From the IMG/VR virus record IMGVR_UViG_3300025138_009100, positions 8,369-72,368 of that record: a DNA stretch of 64,000 bases, one strand, 5' to 3'. The position numbers and the translations under genes are program-made. Positions 9,787 to 20,512 of the stretch are shown here, one piece after another. Source of the DNA: a virus. The notes under the pieces were generated by a model. That model searched no databases and was not told where the DNA came from. It worked only from the letters and a program-made list of their open reading frames with translations. Position 1 is the first letter of the stretch. Every line of letters begins with the position of its first letter.

Positions 9787-12700
9787 ATGTCAGAAAAACA
9801 TAAACCAGACTATTCAGTAGTGCCTCCTACGGGAGCTTTTGATCAAGACCAAGCAGCCGGATCAGGTTCTGAGTGGCCTAGTAAATTTGTATTACCTCAA
9901 GGTCCGTCAGGAACTTTTTCTAACGGAGGGTGGACTGAAGGAAACGAGGGGTTTGTTCAACAAACATTCTTAGGCGCTAGTATAAGAAATTTTAATATAG
10001 CTGGCGGATTTGGAGATAGTAGCTCTAACCTGTCTGTAGAATTAATAGAAGATGAATATAATAAATCGGACTCTACATTTTTAGGTTTAGGAGACGACGT
10101 TTATCATTCTGGAAATGGAGACAAGTTTGTTGCTCCTCCGGTTGGATCTCCTGTATTTTTTAAGTTTGGTAAAAACTGGGCGACCGTAGAGCAGGCTTAC
10201 AGAAGAATAATTGATGAAACATACGGAATATCTTCTATTGACTTAGAAAAGTGGAACTTTGAAGACGAATTAATCCAGACTAGTGGAGCTTTTTCTAGGA
10301 CTCCTTATGAAGCTTCTGGAGAATGGCCCAACGAAAGGGAAAAATACTATCTTAGAAACCAAGAAAAAACAAAGCTTTTTTCAGACATAGAAGATCCAAG
10401 AGACGACTTGAGGACTTGGGTAGATAAAAGCTTTCTGTATACCCACGACGACAAGGACAGAGGCTACCAACACTTTACGTTTGGTGGTATATTGCAAAGC
10501 ACAAGTGAAACGAGGGGGGCAAACGGAAACCCTTCTCATAGCGCGAAAGTGACAGACCCTAGAGAAATATTGTCAAATTGCGCTATTATTTTAAATGATT
10601 ACGCAGGAACTACCTTTAATAATAAAAATCTTTTTAACGTATATGGATTTTTAGAATACGACCCAAGCGATGAATTACAAAAAAGATTAGACGAGAAAGC
10701 TCAGTATAAATGGACTATAAAAAAACAGGTAAGTAGTACAGGCCAAGTAAAACATGTTGGGTTTGACGCAAAACTTGGTACATCAGCATTAAATCCATCT
10801 GATACAAATTGGGATCTATACAAATTTCCTCAAACGGTTCAGAGTGCTGGTTCTGCTGGTAAAATTTTCACAGCCGAAGCTATAGACACAGACGTAGGGG
10901 CAGCTAGCGAGCTATATCCTAAATTTTTCCCAATAACTGGAGAGGGTTTTTCCAGAAGGTCAGAACAAGGTATTCCTTGGTATAGGGTTAGTCATGCTTT
11001 AGCAGCCCTTTTTGAACAATACGGAAAGCTTCCTGAAGAGTACTTAGAAGCTGGTTTTGGTGGAACCATAGATTTTAGGGGTTTCAATTATATCGTAGAT
11101 TTTGGTGGAATACCCACTGAGAAAATTCCCAATATCTATATGATGAACTATAATCAAACAGATTTATTATCAATAGCTCAAGAGCTTTGTGATATAATTA
11201 GCCATGATTTATTTGTCAGTTTATTCCCTGTTATAGATCCTTTAACGAGCTTAAAAGAAGACACAGACGAAAAAGCTGCGATTATGAATTCTGCTTTTGC
11301 AAAAAATAATTATTGGACAAAGAAAGCTTCTGGGTATGATCCTAGTAGCGACAAGTATAAACAATACATGTCTAATATTATTCATGGTATAATTCGAGTC
11401 GATGCTATTGATAGATCAAAACAACCTACCTACGGTTCTATACAGTCGTATATAAATAGGCTTGAGAATCAAGGGATATATGTCGAGAATAGAAATCTTG
11501 GATTTGAGCTTGCTAATATAACTACTGATAAATTTGTGGCTGGCGCGCAAGAAGTCGAGATGCATTATTTTTCCACCTACAAAGATAGAGACAGCTTAGA
11601 AGCTAGAAAACAAGCTGCGGGAATACCAAACAAATTACAATATATTAACGAAAAACAATGGAGCCTAGAAGCTTCCTTGAAGCAACAAGTGCTTCCTTTT
11701 TATGGTTTTTTAGGTAAGGGCGCTTTATCTATACCTAGAGGGTTTGGTTCTTATCAGCAAATAATGTTAGACACCAGCGCTTTAGATGCCCACGGTGTTG
11801 GTAATTATTATGTAGCCACAGAAATAGAGCTTAGGGCAGCTTTGGTATCTTACGATAACTGGGCGGATCTTTTAGCTAGACAATATAACGAAACTTATAT
11901 TCAAGAAGTAGGAAACTTGAAGGGATTTTACAATGAGCTATTCAGAACTAAATCCGAAGATATAGAGGGTCTTGGAAACATACCAGAGGGAGACCCTTTT
12001 AATATTAGGGATTTAGAAAATAGAGAATTTGGCGTCTCTGTTCCCAGATGTGTCTTTAACTCAGAAAAGAATTTCATGGGTCCAGACGGATATCCTGCTA
12101 GTCCATGCTCGCCTCCTTATGGATATCCACTTTATTATAAACGCGCAGAAAAACTAGGGATAAATAGAGCTAGCCTTGCTAATCTCTCTAGTAAAATAGA
12201 TGAAGTAATCACACAGGTAAACAAGATAGAGGATTTCGCTAACTCTGACGAAGACACAAACTCTTTAAAGATAGAAAAAAGATCATTAGAACAGATACTC
12301 ACCACTAGTTATAATCTAATTGTTGCTACTTCTTCGCAAGCTGCATTCGACGGCAGTTCCAGATATTATACTAATGAAGCTTTTAACGAAGCAAATACCT
12401 GTGTTTTCTCGCAAATAGAAGCAATTGAAGAGGAAATTGAGAAATTCACAGAGGCTGGGAATCATCCTGCAATACTAAGCCATATCAAAGAGTCAGCAGT
12501 CGCGTTAAGCGCAGAGGTCGGAAGGATGTCCAGAAGGGGTTACAAGAATTCTAAAAAGGTTTACGATTTTATAAGAAAAATAGCAGAAGAAAACCTAGGC
12601 AAGAAATTTCTTGTTAAAATTCCTCGGTATTGCAACGTAAACTATAGCGAAGATATTAAATTAAAAAAACAAATTGGAATCCAAGGCGTTGATGAAGATG

Positions 12701-15117
12701 AAAATCCAATATATGGAGACTTTACGGACTCTGTAAGAGAGGTTTATAGGGGGCCATTTGGATTTAAACCTTTACCTGTTAACGCAAGTGGTCAAGATTT
12801 GATTGAATCTCAGTCTTATATATTTAAGATGGAGCAAATTAGATCTGATCAATTAAAGGTAAAGAGTTGGAATTACGAAAGATTTTTATATAAAGATAAC
12901 TACGAGGATAGTATTGACCCTTTGACGGCTGATAAAACATATGGATACGGCGCACTTAAAGGAAATTATAATCCTATTTCTGAAAAATGGGCGTTTAATT
13001 ATAAACCAGAACCGCAGGGTGGATTTTTTAATTTTGCTCTTTATCCTAGAAACCTTTCTCTTTCTGAGATAGAGTCTAGGTCTATGCCGGATAGTAAACT
13101 GTCTCCTGCTACTCGTTATAAGTTTATTCCAAAAGATCTAACTAATTTTGTGTCAGAAAACGGAAGAATACATTGCTATGTCAGGTACGATAATAGTCAG
13201 TATTTAGATTTTAGAGGAATATCTGCTGATTCTATTACACAGGAAGTTGTTGCAGGAAACACTCTTATTCCCGACATGCTCTCTGAGTTAGATAATGTTT
13301 CAGTGAACATACCTCTTCCAGAAGGTAGCAAAAGCAGAAGAGAATCAAGCGATGAAAAAAGAAAACCTGCTGTAGCTTTTGTCAAATGTGATGTTGACGA
13401 AAAATTGTATATGCCACCGAAAAGCGAAAATACCCCCGCAATGGTTTACGGGAGAGATATAAAATACATTCCAAATTATTCTGCGCCAGAGGTTATAGAA
13501 GGAGAAGATGAGGATGGCTGCCGAACTTTTACTTGCGTCCAAGCTTATTCTCAGCCCATATTTGCTCCGAACGACAGGACGGTTAAGATAACAGCATCTG
13601 ATGTCGGATACGAAAGAATATTACCACCTCAAACTATAGCATATAATGATACAGAGTTCATTGTTCGTCCTACATTTGGAAATCCTAATAGAATACTTGT
13701 AGGTGGAGGTCTAGATAGAACCGTTATAACACACGAAGAATACGCAAGGAGGTATGACAAAGAGCAAGATGCTTTTATTATAGACACAGAAAAAGAGAAT
13801 TTAGACAGCGATCATGTATATGCTCTTATAACCGTTCCGGGTAGAGTCACGACTACTATTAATCAAAGATATATGGATTCTGATTTCTTTAGCTTGGAAA
13901 CAGTCAGTATTAAGAATGCTTTGACTCAAGATGTTGTTAGGGGTCCAAAAGGATTTGAAAAGCCAGCGGAAATTGTTAACGAAAAAGTTCCCATAGATTG
14001 TTCACAGTTTACCTTTGAAGAATTAGAATCCGCAGCGAACACTCAAAGAGAGGCTATGAAATCCTCTGCAAATTCGAGGATGGATCGGCAGTATGCTACA
14101 ACGCAACCTTCACCAATTTATCCAAACATTGTTGCTTTACCTCTCATGTCAACGGAAAGGTGCTATGGACCTTGGAGGTCTGCTGCAAATATAGCTGGTG
14201 GTAAAGATAGATATACAGACATTGGAGGTAAAATAGAATTTGTTAAAGATGAAAATCTAGCGCCTTGGAATTACGCTGGATATCAATTAATGGACGAGGG
14301 TGGAAAACTTCAAGCGGAATTTTCTAATAGTTTGATGTTGTTTTCCGAAAGAGGTGGATTTGTTTTTCCTTCTACTCCATCTGGGATATCAATAGGAAAA
14401 TCACTACAGGAAGGTGGACCGCTAGTAACATCTCTGTCAATCAATGTTTCTGAGGCGGGTGTAAAAAGTACTATTAAAATGGATCTTTATACTTCTAGGT
14501 TTGGTAAGCTTCAAAAACAAAAAGAAGAGGCTATAGCACAAATCGTTAGAGAAAGACAAAAAATTATTGATACTAATAATGAAATGATCAGGAAGGGTAT
14601 GATCAAAAGCGCTTCTAGTTCAAATATGAGTGCAGCGATTGCTAGTCAGGTGAATCAATTTTTCGCCACTACTGATGATTTCACTGGCATAGAAAGAAAT
14701 AAAGAAGCTTCCCAGAATCTTACTTACGAAGTTAGAAAAAGCTCAAGGGTCGTTAAAAATCTTGAAACTGGTGAATCTTTCACTAAAGAGGAGCAGGCAC
14801 AAATGGTGGCAGACTTTGATGCATATGGAAAAGAACTTGGGGATTATTGGAGTCCCATTGACTGGGAGCTTATGTTCACCCCCCAGCCCGGTCATAATAC
14901 TTCAATATATGACACGGAGACTATTCTTCCTGATGGTCTCGCGGGAAGTCGATCAAAATTCGCCACGACATCAAACCGTAACTTGGGTCAGATGGTATTT
15001 GGACCGAGACCTATGCCTACGGAGGAATCGCCAGACACGCAAGCTATCATAGAGAGGACGTATGGAGAAGGGTTCAAGCTCAATGAGAGATTTAATAGCA
15101 CTCTAGAAGGCTTTTAA
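9787..15117 (+). CDS. Very large putative tail/baseplate-hub-like protein (~1776 aa)
   Basis: ORF track gives 9682, but the ATG at 9787 (MSEKHKPD) directly follows the upstream stop and is more plausible. Size and context suggest a tail tip/baseplate protein; coiled-coil segments in the middle and near the C-terminus. Confidence 0.5.
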   Translation: MSEKHKPDYSVVPPTGAFDQDQAAGSGSEWPSKFVLPQGPSGTFSNGGWTEGNEGFVQQTFLGASIRNFNIAGGFGDSSSNLSVELIEDEYNKSDSTFLGLGDDVYHSGNGDKFVAPPVGSPVFFKFGKNWATVEQAYRRIIDETYGISSIDLEKWNFEDELIQTSGAFSRTPYEASGEWPNEREKYYLRNQEKTKLFSDIEDPRDDLRTWVDKSFLYTHDDKDRGYQHFTFGGILQSTSETRGANGNPSHSAKVTDPREILSNCAIILNDYAGTTFNNKNLFNVYGFLEYDPSDELQKRLDEKAQYKWTIKKQVSSTGQVKHVGFDAKLGTSALNPSDTNWDLYKFPQTVQSAGSAGKIFTAEAIDTDVGAASELYPKFFPITGEGFSRRSEQGIPWYRVSHALAALFEQYGKLPEEYLEAGFGGTIDFRGFNYIVDFGGIPTEKIPNIYMMNYNQTDLLSIAQELCDIISHDLFVSLFPVIDPLTSLKEDTDEKAAIMNSAFAKNNYWTKKASGYDPSSDKYKQYMSNIIHGIIRVDAIDRSKQPTYGSIQSYINRLENQGIYVENRNLGFELANITTDKFVAGAQEVEMHYFSTYKDRDSLEARKQAAGIPNKLQYINEKQWSLEASLKQQVLPFYGFLGKGALSIPRGFGSYQQIMLDTSALDAHGVGNYYVATEIELRAALVSYDNWADLLARQYNETYIQEVGNLKGFYNELFRTKSEDIEGLGNIPEGDPFNIRDLENREFGVSVPRCVFNSEKNFMGPDGYPASPCSPPYGYPLYYKRAEKLGINRASLANLSSKIDEVITQVNKIEDFANSDEDTNSLKIEKRSLEQILTTSYNLIVATSSQAAFDGSSRYYTNEAFNEANTCVFSQIEAIEEEIEKFTEAGNHPAILSHIKESAVALSAEVGRMSRRGYKNSKKVYDFIRKIAEENLGKKFLVKIPRYCNVNYSEDIKLKKQIGIQGVDEDENPIYGDFTDSVREVYRGPFGFKPLPVNASGQDLIESQSYIFKMEQIRSDQLKVKSWNYERFLYKDNYEDSIDPLTADKTYGYGALKGNYNPISEKWAFNYKPEPQGGFFNFALYPRNLSLSEIESRSMPDSKLSPATRYKFIPKDLTNFVSENGRIHCYVRYDNSQYLDFRGISADSITQEVVAGNTLIPDMLSELDNVSVNIPLPEGSKSRRESSDEKRKPAVAFVKCDVDEKLYMPPKSENTPAMVYGRDIKYIPNYSAPEVIEGEDEDGCRTFTCVQAYSQPIFAPNDRTVKITASDVGYERILPPQTIAYNDTEFIVRPTFGNPNRILVGGGLDRTVITHEEYARRYDKEQDAFIIDTEKENLDSDHVYALITVPGRVTTTINQRYMDSDFFSLETVSIKNALTQDVVRGPKGFEKPAEIVNEKVPIDCSQFTFEELESAANTQREAMKSSANSRMDRQYATTQPSPIYPNIVALPLMSTERCYGPWRSAANIAGGKDRYTDIGGKIEFVKDENLAPWNYAGYQLMDEGGKLQAEFSNSLMLFSERGGFVFPSTPSGISIGKSLQEGGPLVTSLSINVSEAGVKSTIKMDLYTSRFGKLQKQKEEAIAQIVRERQKIIDTNNEMIRKGMIKSASSSNMSAAIASQVNQFFATTDDFTGIERNKEASQNLTYEVRKSSRVVKNLETGESFTKEEQAQMVADFDAYGKELGDYWSPIDWELMFTPQPGHNTSIYDTETILPDGLAGSRSKFATTSNRNLGQMVFGPRPMPTEESPDTQAIIERTYGEGFKLNERFNSTLEGF

Positions 15118-15166
15118 TGCAGATAATCTTACGGAATAAGAATAACTAAGGACAAGAGAGAAAAAA

Positions 15167-18100
15167 ATGAAACCAAATTTATATTCTAATCAAGAAAAAA
15201 GCAAAAGCGAAAGCTTTCACTCTATAACTACAGATAATCTCAGATTTCAAGATTTGGGACTAGGAGTATTTACAACCGGAACGCTCTACGACTGGATTTG
15301 CACTTTACCGCAGGGGCCAAAAAGAGTAGATTTTGAATATATTGGTGCAGTTTACGACAGGATAAGAGGTGAGCCTGATACTCCAAGCGAAGAAGATTAT
15401 TACAAACAGCAGGTAGGACAATATAAAAACCTTAGATTCTGGTTGAATAAATTTTCAGGAACTGTTTCTTCTACTAGCAACTCATTATACTCTCAACTTC
15501 CGCTACAGAATATTTTCGAGCCAATCGCAGCATCCATCGACGAATCCTGTTCGCGTTACGAATTTCCGTACACCGTATCTTTTTACGCTTGGAGAAACAG
15601 CGGAAGAAATGGAGAATATATTCTTGTGAAGGGAGGGGGAGACACAGAGCAAGACGTGATGAACTGGGAGTTTTCTGAAGGTAGTGAAAACTACAGATGG
15701 AGTGATCTTAGGATAGAAGATCTTGTTGGCAGAACATATAATAGAAACTCTAAATATCTTTATAATATAGAAAAGTTTCCTCTTGGTTCCAGAGGTGATT
15801 CTCTCCTAATAAGAAATATTATAGAGATGAATAATTATGTCAACACCCTGAGAAGTGTAAACTATAATGATTGGACGAGTACAGATAGGGCTAGATATAG
15901 ATTTATACAAGACATCAAGTCTAGCAAATATGGATGTCTTGAATGGAAAGCCAATATTACTTTTCTTTTGGATATACCTAACGTTTTAGTTGAAGAAGGT
16001 ATAAGTCTTGACGGATGTAATGATTGCGCAAAAGAAGTTACTACTACATTTAAACTGCGTCTGTTCGGTATAGATACTAAAAAAAGAACGGGAAGATCTG
16101 TTGCTTCTACAGACACGACGATAATTCAAACAAAAACCACTCCTGTTGGCACACCTTATATCTATAGAGACGAAACTGGTGCTGATCCACCAAGTATAAA
16201 TCCAAGCCCTAGAAACGGAACCGCTGGCGAGCTTTCTAATCACTACGTACCGCTTGAAGGTAAATTCGAGTCTGGAACTACTCAGGTTTTTGCCATAATG
16301 ACGGAAGACCTCCCCGGCGCAGAGCAGCCTACAGTGCAAGAGACGCTAGAGGAAGATTCTCCCTTTTTGACAAATAAAAGTACTGGATTCGGTGTACAGA
16401 CTGGGAAGGCGGTTGTCGTAAGTATGCAAAATGCAAACCCTAAACAATGGATGCCAGACTTTGCAAGCCCTAGAAAATGTAGAAACAAAGATAACACAAA
16501 GGTTGTTTTAACTGTTCATAATCCTACAAGTAGATCGTTTACTAAGGGTGAGAATGTAATATTACAAAAATTAGACGGTGTCTGGGTTCCACTTAGCGTT
16601 GGAGAGGGTTCTGCCTCCATAGCTCCCGCCGACCCCAACTGGGATTTTATGTACTTAATGACTAATAGTATGTTTTTCTTTAGAAATCATGATTGGGTAA
16701 GAAAGCAAGCAAAACGCGGTAATACAAAACTAACAGATTGGGATGATATTGGCGGAGAAGATCAAACCATATCCAAACCAAATAATTACGAACAGTCTTT
16801 TTATTATAACTACTATCGAAGACAAGAAGAACAAGAGAGACAACAAGTCTCATTCACTAATCCTTCCATAATTGATATCACAGACAATCAACAGAGATAT
16901 CCAACGTCTGTTTTTCATTATGCTGGTGTTATTAATGGGTATATGCAGGTTACCTCTTGGGATTTTATGGGTATTGGAATTGGTGGCACAAGAAGAAATA
17001 TGTCTGCCAACAGCAATCCTGTACTATCAGAAGCAGCGGCTACCGGCGAGGCATACGCTGGTGACGACGGTATAAATGGTAACGCGCTTTCTACAACCCA
17101 GTTTAGCATAGACACAAATGGTAACCCATTTGATAATGGTGGTATTGATGGCAAATTTAATTCCTACCCTTTCTTTGGGTGTGTTTTTCCAGAGGGGTAT
17201 CAGGCTCAGTCTCAGTACGCCGAATTAATGGCGGACGACACTGATTTCTTTTTAGCGCCCAAAAACTTTCAATCAACCAATGACAAATATGAAGCTAATG
17301 GTAAATTCTTCTATGCTTCTAACGGTAAGCCATTTGAAAATTTAAATAATGTTGCAAATGCTATTACTACTACTAAACATCAGGAGGCGGGAATGTTCCC
17401 TCAGTCAGAGGTCGGTACTTTAAAACATCTACCTGCTGATATAGGAACGAACTGTGAGCCAAGCGGAACTTACGGAAGACCTATTTCAAATATTGGAATG
17501 ATTGGATCTTTAAATCATCATATTGGAGATTTAACTTTTAGAAACACAGTAGCTGACTATTTTCAAGACGATAACCAAGGTCAGCCTAAAAGATATTCTT
17601 GGATGCATAAAAAAGACAGGACACAGGCTGATGTAAATAAAACACATGAAAATGCACAAGACTTTATTTATGATTATAGTGATAGTGTGTTTGATCTTCA
17701 GCCAATGAACTCTTCTAAAATAGAATTTAGACCTTTATCTCAAGAGGTTTATGCTTGTTTTGAATCTATAAACTTCGCCCCAAATACTAATCGAGTTTCT
17801 TTTGACGGTCTTTACGATCACCTTGGAGTAGGTACAGATAAAAGAGGTAAATTTTCTGTTAATGGTTATCAATTCGTACAAGCTTGGTTCAATGCCGACA
17901 TCTCACCTTACGTTCCTGTTATATCTCCATTTGCTCTTTATAGAAATCCTCAAATTGTGCAAGTACCTGTGATCGCAGATCTTACGGACGTTAACGACGG
18001 AAGTAGCAATATAACAAAAGATTTGACGCTGTATCATACATATAGAACTACTAATACGCCTGATAATACTAATGGTCTTAAATATAATATAGACTTAGCT

Positions 18101-19639
18101 GAATCAACTTTGGGTAGTCCCGTTGGACACTTACCGGAAGGTCCAAACCACTCTTCTCAACGTTGGTTTGATGAGAACTGGATGACTCAGGATTTGAGTC
18201 CAGCGGGTGCTGTCGGAGTTATAGGCGCTGTTGCTACTTTTGCTACAAGAGATGCTTTACAGTTTGTTACAGAAAATGCCGTTGGCTTGGATGACTATAT
18301 AGTTGGAATTGGCGCTGGTAGCGATTATTTTCCTTCTTATAGGGGCGGGGACTATGCTACTCTTGACACTACTCAGTTATACGCTAGAGTTTATCAGCAG
18401 TGGCCCAGAGATCAAATGATTTATGATCCTAGATTTTTTGTTGTACATCACTTTAATGATGGTATTAAAATTTCAAGAGATACTGTAAATAAGGAATATT
18501 ACGTAAACGGATCTCCCATAGATCGTGAACCAACAGAAGAAGAACTCTCAGAGGGGTATCCGCTAGGAGCCTACGAAGTCGATAAAAAAGAAGCTGATGT
18601 TGACTTCAGGATTCCTACATCTTGGAATAACTCGCTCTTTGAAGTCGGAGGTTATGTTTATTCTGATTCTAAAAATGCCATTTTAAACGAACCCCATGCG
18701 GAGGCAGTATCTAAAATTAGAGAAAAATCTCACTGGAGAATACAGCCACAGAGGAGGGGTAAGTTATTGCCCTATACTTATTCTAACGTAACAATTGGTA
18801 TATCTAAAGAGCCAAAACAAGGAACGTTATTGGAAGGTCAATTTGCCTCTGCTAAACTTCACGACATTGTAATCATAAATCCCGGCTCTAAGTATGGAAA
18901 AGGCGATACATTCAAGCTTTCTGGAGCTAGCGGAGGTGGAGTTGTATTAAAAGCAAAGACATTAAATGATGAAGGGGGAGTTAGGACGTTTGAGGTTCTT
19001 GAGGTAGGTCTGGTTTTTGATACTAATGATTTTTTAAGTTCTGACCAAGAGATGAGATGGGAGACGGGAGGATCGTCTCCAACAGCACCGACTTCTATAA
19101 TCGCAAGAGAAGTTGATAAGGGAACCGGACTTGAAGCTTATGTTATAAGGGGTCGAATGACAACAACGAAGATGACTGACACGAAACCCGCAGAAGCACT
19201 AGAAACAACGGGTCCAATAAAATTAGGGCCAGATCCGTCTCTAGCTAACTCAGCAGTGCTGCAATTACAGCAAACAGACCCTAAAAATCAAATACTAAAG
19301 ATAAATCCCAACGCAAGATCTAAGAATAATCAATATGACGTGTTTTTTCACTACCATAATGACATTTCTCACAATAGAGTAAGTGAAACGGGTCCACCAA
19401 ACGGTGTAGAACAAATGATTAGATTGAATGTGATAACAGACGGCGGAGGGGGTAGCGCTGGCTCATTAACCTCTAACGCTCAGGGTGTTGGCTCAGATAT
19501 TGACTTCCCTCCCGGTGGTGGTCCAGATCAATTTGCCGGGTCGGACTGGGCTTTTCAGTCTAATGGTTTTGGAGGAGGGTTTTTAAATGGCGCTGGCGAT
19601 TTCTTTGGCGCTGGTGGTATTGGTGGTGGCGGTTTTTAA
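15167..19639 (+). CDS. Large putative tail-associated protein (1490 aa) with Gly/Phe-rich C-terminal tail
   Basis: Purine-rich leader before the ATG; IVIINPGSKY-type beta motif seen in phage tail proteins; C-terminus GFGGGFLNGAGDFFGAGGIGGGGF. Confidence 0.5.
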   Translation: MKPNLYSNQEKSKSESFHSITTDNLRFQDLGLGVFTTGTLYDWICTLPQGPKRVDFEYIGAVYDRIRGEPDTPSEEDYYKQQVGQYKNLRFWLNKFSGTVSSTSNSLYSQLPLQNIFEPIAASIDESCSRYEFPYTVSFYAWRNSGRNGEYILVKGGGDTEQDVMNWEFSEGSENYRWSDLRIEDLVGRTYNRNSKYLYNIEKFPLGSRGDSLLIRNIIEMNNYVNTLRSVNYNDWTSTDRARYRFIQDIKSSKYGCLEWKANITFLLDIPNVLVEEGISLDGCNDCAKEVTTTFKLRLFGIDTKKRTGRSVASTDTTIIQTKTTPVGTPYIYRDETGADPPSINPSPRNGTAGELSNHYVPLEGKFESGTTQVFAIMTEDLPGAEQPTVQETLEEDSPFLTNKSTGFGVQTGKAVVVSMQNANPKQWMPDFASPRKCRNKDNTKVVLTVHNPTSRSFTKGENVILQKLDGVWVPLSVGEGSASIAPADPNWDFMYLMTNSMFFFRNHDWVRKQAKRGNTKLTDWDDIGGEDQTISKPNNYEQSFYYNYYRRQEEQERQQVSFTNPSIIDITDNQQRYPTSVFHYAGVINGYMQVTSWDFMGIGIGGTRRNMSANSNPVLSEAAATGEAYAGDDGINGNALSTTQFSIDTNGNPFDNGGIDGKFNSYPFFGCVFPEGYQAQSQYAELMADDTDFFLAPKNFQSTNDKYEANGKFFYASNGKPFENLNNVANAITTTKHQEAGMFPQSEVGTLKHLPADIGTNCEPSGTYGRPISNIGMIGSLNHHIGDLTFRNTVADYFQDDNQGQPKRYSWMHKKDRTQADVNKTHENAQDFIYDYSDSVFDLQPMNSSKIEFRPLSQEVYACFESINFAPNTNRVSFDGLYDHLGVGTDKRGKFSVNGYQFVQAWFNADISPYVPVISPFALYRNPQIVQVPVIADLTDVNDGSSNITKDLTLYHTYRTTNTPDNTNGLKYNIDLAESTLGSPVGHLPEGPNHSSQRWFDENWMTQDLSPAGAVGVIGAVATFATRDALQFVTENAVGLDDYIVGIGAGSDYFPSYRGGDYATLDTTQLYARVYQQWPRDQMIYDPRFFVVHHFNDGIKISRDTVNKEYYVNGSPIDREPTEEELSEGYPLGAYEVDKKEADVDFRIPTSWNNSLFEVGGYVYSDSKNAILNEPHAEAVSKIREKSHWRIQPQRRGKLLPYTYSNVTIGISKEPKQGTLLEGQFASAKLHDIVIINPGSKYGKGDTFKLSGASGGGVVLKAKTLNDEGGVRTFEVLEVGLVFDTNDFLSSDQEMRWETGGSSPTAPTSIIAREVDKGTGLEAYVIRGRMTTTKMTDTKPAEALETTGPIKLGPDPSLANSAVLQLQQTDPKNQILKINPNARSKNNQYDVFFHYHNDISHNRVSETGPPNGVEQMIRLNVITDGGGGSAGSLTSNAQGVGSDIDFPPGGGPDQFAGSDWAFQSNGFGGGFLNGAGDFFGAGGIGGGGF

Positions 19640-19685
19640 ATAACACTGGCTTTTGTATGAGTTAAATAAACAAATAATTTTTTTC

Positions 19686-19694
19686 GTGTATAAT
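19686..19694 (+). promoter_or_regulatory. Candidate phage late-promoter motif GTGTATAAT
   Basis: In the AT-rich intergenic gap upstream of the AGGAGA RBS and ATG 19728; identical 9-mer at 6992. Confidence 0.45.
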
Positions 19695-19727
19695 ATAACA
19701 GAATATTTCTTAATAGGAGATTAAATA

Positions 19728-20450
19728 ATGGCAGCTATAACATTTCATGTAAACCAAACTGGTTTTACAGCTACAGATAGAGACGCTACGCTCATTGGTC
19801 ACGCACAGGGGTCTGGACTTGGCTTCTTTGGTAACAGTTTTGGCCTATCTGTTCCGGTTGGTCAATATCAAGAAAGTACGTTTGTTAGTAATTCAAACGG
19901 AACTGCATCTGGAGTTAAAGCCTCTAACACTAAATATATGAGTGCTAGCGGAGTATCTCACAACGGAGAAGGTGAGCTTGATAATGAAAAGATGCCAAAT
20001 TACTACGCCCCATTGAATATTAGGTTTACTCATGACGAGGCGGTTAGAGTTCAAAATTGTAAACTACGTATTTTTGACAGAGCAGACATTGCAAATCAAG
20101 CTAGCGGAGTGACAACCAAAGTTTATGAGGTTCGACATCCAAACCCACTTGCTACAGACACAACAAAGCTAGCCCATAGAGGTATATCTACTCATGACTG
20201 GTACGAATTCGATCCAGAAGAAAACATGACAGACATGGCTCTAACCTCATCTCCGGGGATCAGCGGTCTAAATACAACTGCTGGAGACACCGTTAGTGCG
20301 GACGATGGAACTTATATAAATCAGACTTCAAAAGAAGGTGCTGCCCACGAATCTCTTCGTCACGATTGGTTTACTGCTCTTAGCGCTTCTCCCGATAGTA
20401 TTGGTAGTAAAACGCAATATGGATTATATTTTACTTTAGAATATCTATAA
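19728..20450 (+). CDS. Putative virion structural protein, 240 aa
   Basis: Strong RBS (TAGGAGA); S/T/G-rich; ASGV occurs three times; last gene of the + arm. Confidence 0.55.
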   Translation: MAAITFHVNQTGFTATDRDATLIGHAQGSGLGFFGNSFGLSVPVGQYQESTFVSNSNGTASGVKASNTKYMSASGVSHNGEGELDNEKMPNYYAPLNIRFTHDEAVRVQNCKLRIFDRADIANQASGVTTKVYEVRHPNPLATDTTKLAHRGISTHDWYEFDPEENMTDMALTSSPGISGLNTTAGDTVSADDGTYINQTSKEGAAHESLRHDWFTALSASPDSIGSKTQYGLYFTLEYL

Positions 20451-20476
20451 AAAAAGAGCCGCCTTTCGACGACTCT
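20449..20476 (-). terminator. Rho-independent terminator of the minus-strand arm
   Basis: On the - strand: GAGTCGTC-GAAA-GGCGGCTC followed by T7. The stem closes with two G-U pairs and a GNRA loop only in the minus orientation. Confidence 0.8.
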
Positions 20477-20482
20477 CTAACT

Positions 20483-20512
20483 AGGCCAGTAGTGGTGTGC
20501 TACTGGCCTTTT
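20483..20512 (+). terminator. Rho-independent terminator of the plus-strand structural arm
   Basis: Perfect 10-bp inverted repeat AGGCCAGTAG-tggtgtg-CTACTGGCCT followed by TTT, downstream of the 20450 stop. Confidence 0.7.
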
